Sequence record: KM389299.1
DNA from: Escherichia phage CBA6
Length of the DNA stretch: 4,837 nucleotides
Strand: one strand, 5' to 3'
Made by a program: the position numbers and the translations under genes. Below, piece by piece: positions 4,658 through 4,837 of this stretch. Every line of letters starts with the position of its first letter. Positions within the stretch are counted from its first letter, which is position 1. Below the pieces are notes generated by a model. That model was not told the DNA's origin and searched no databases. It saw only the letters and a program-made list of their open reading frames with translations.

Positions 4658-4743
4658 TTGAGTGATGAAACTGACAGGAGAAGTGTGAAGGATTCTGGGT
4701 TGATCTCCAGAATGTTGGGGTTCGAATCCCCTAACTCGTGCCA
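4658..4743 (+). tRNA. tRNA-like gene with canonical T-arm, acceptor 3' strand and CCA; 5' half noncanonical; anticodon undetermined (possible unusual tRNA or pseudo-tRNA)
   Basis: T-arm GGGG-TTCGAAT-CCCC (4717-4731), acceptor 3' AACTCGT (4733-4739), G, CCA (4741-4743). The only strong internal hairpin (4692-4698 with 4707-4713) has an 8-nt loop GTTGATCT. The nearest 5' partner (4658-4664) gives 5 central pairs; a better 6 of 7 match lies at 4608-4614. Confidence 0.4.
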
Positions 4744-4749
4744 AATAAT

Positions 4750-4831
4750 GTGAGTGTGGCAGAGCGGTCGAATGCGCCTGACTGTAAATCAGGTATCCCA
4801 CGCGGTGGTTCAAATCCATCCACTCACACCA
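4750..4831 (+). tRNA. tRNA-Tyr (anticodon GTA)
   Basis: Acceptor GTGAGTG/CACTCAC perfect, anticodon stem CCTGA/TCAGG with loop CTGTAAA, T-arm GGTGG-TTCAAAT-CCATC, discriminator A, CCA. 10-nt variable region; 82 nt total. Confidence 0.8.
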
Positions 4832-4837
4832 ATAAGT

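Noticed and set aside
1-4837. CRISPR array or tandem direct repeats
   Set aside because: No regularly spaced direct repeats were seen; the repetition is inverted (helical), not direct.

Overview
Phage-like window (several tRNAs interleaved with nuclease genes, tight gene packing) containing an unusual ORF-poor, highly structured stretch. From 5' to 3': (1) a 5'-truncated + strand CDS ending at 443 and a 48-codon hydrophobic small ORF with a strong Shine-Dalgarno (501-647); (2) about 2.1 kb (650-2770) with no convincing ORF on either strand but dense + strand RNA-type structure: three tRNA-like T-arm/acceptor modules (two ending in CCA) that I could not fold into a cloverleaf, and five long 15-22 bp helices whose G-U wobbles are only pairable in a + strand transcript; (3) an HNH homing-endonuclease gene interrupted by an in-frame TAA, whose C-terminal frame runs 10 nt into tRNA-Met; (4) a + strand tRNA array: Met(CAT), Trp(CCA), Asn(GTT), Gln(TTG), one unresolved tRNA-like gene, and Tyr(GTA), interleaved with a small hypothetical ORF and a PD-(D/E)xK-like nuclease ORF. 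The main candidate for something undescribed is the 650-2770 region: a large structured ncRNA or a processed array of tRNA-like RNAs. All calls are by eye from the sequence; no database search or folding software was run.
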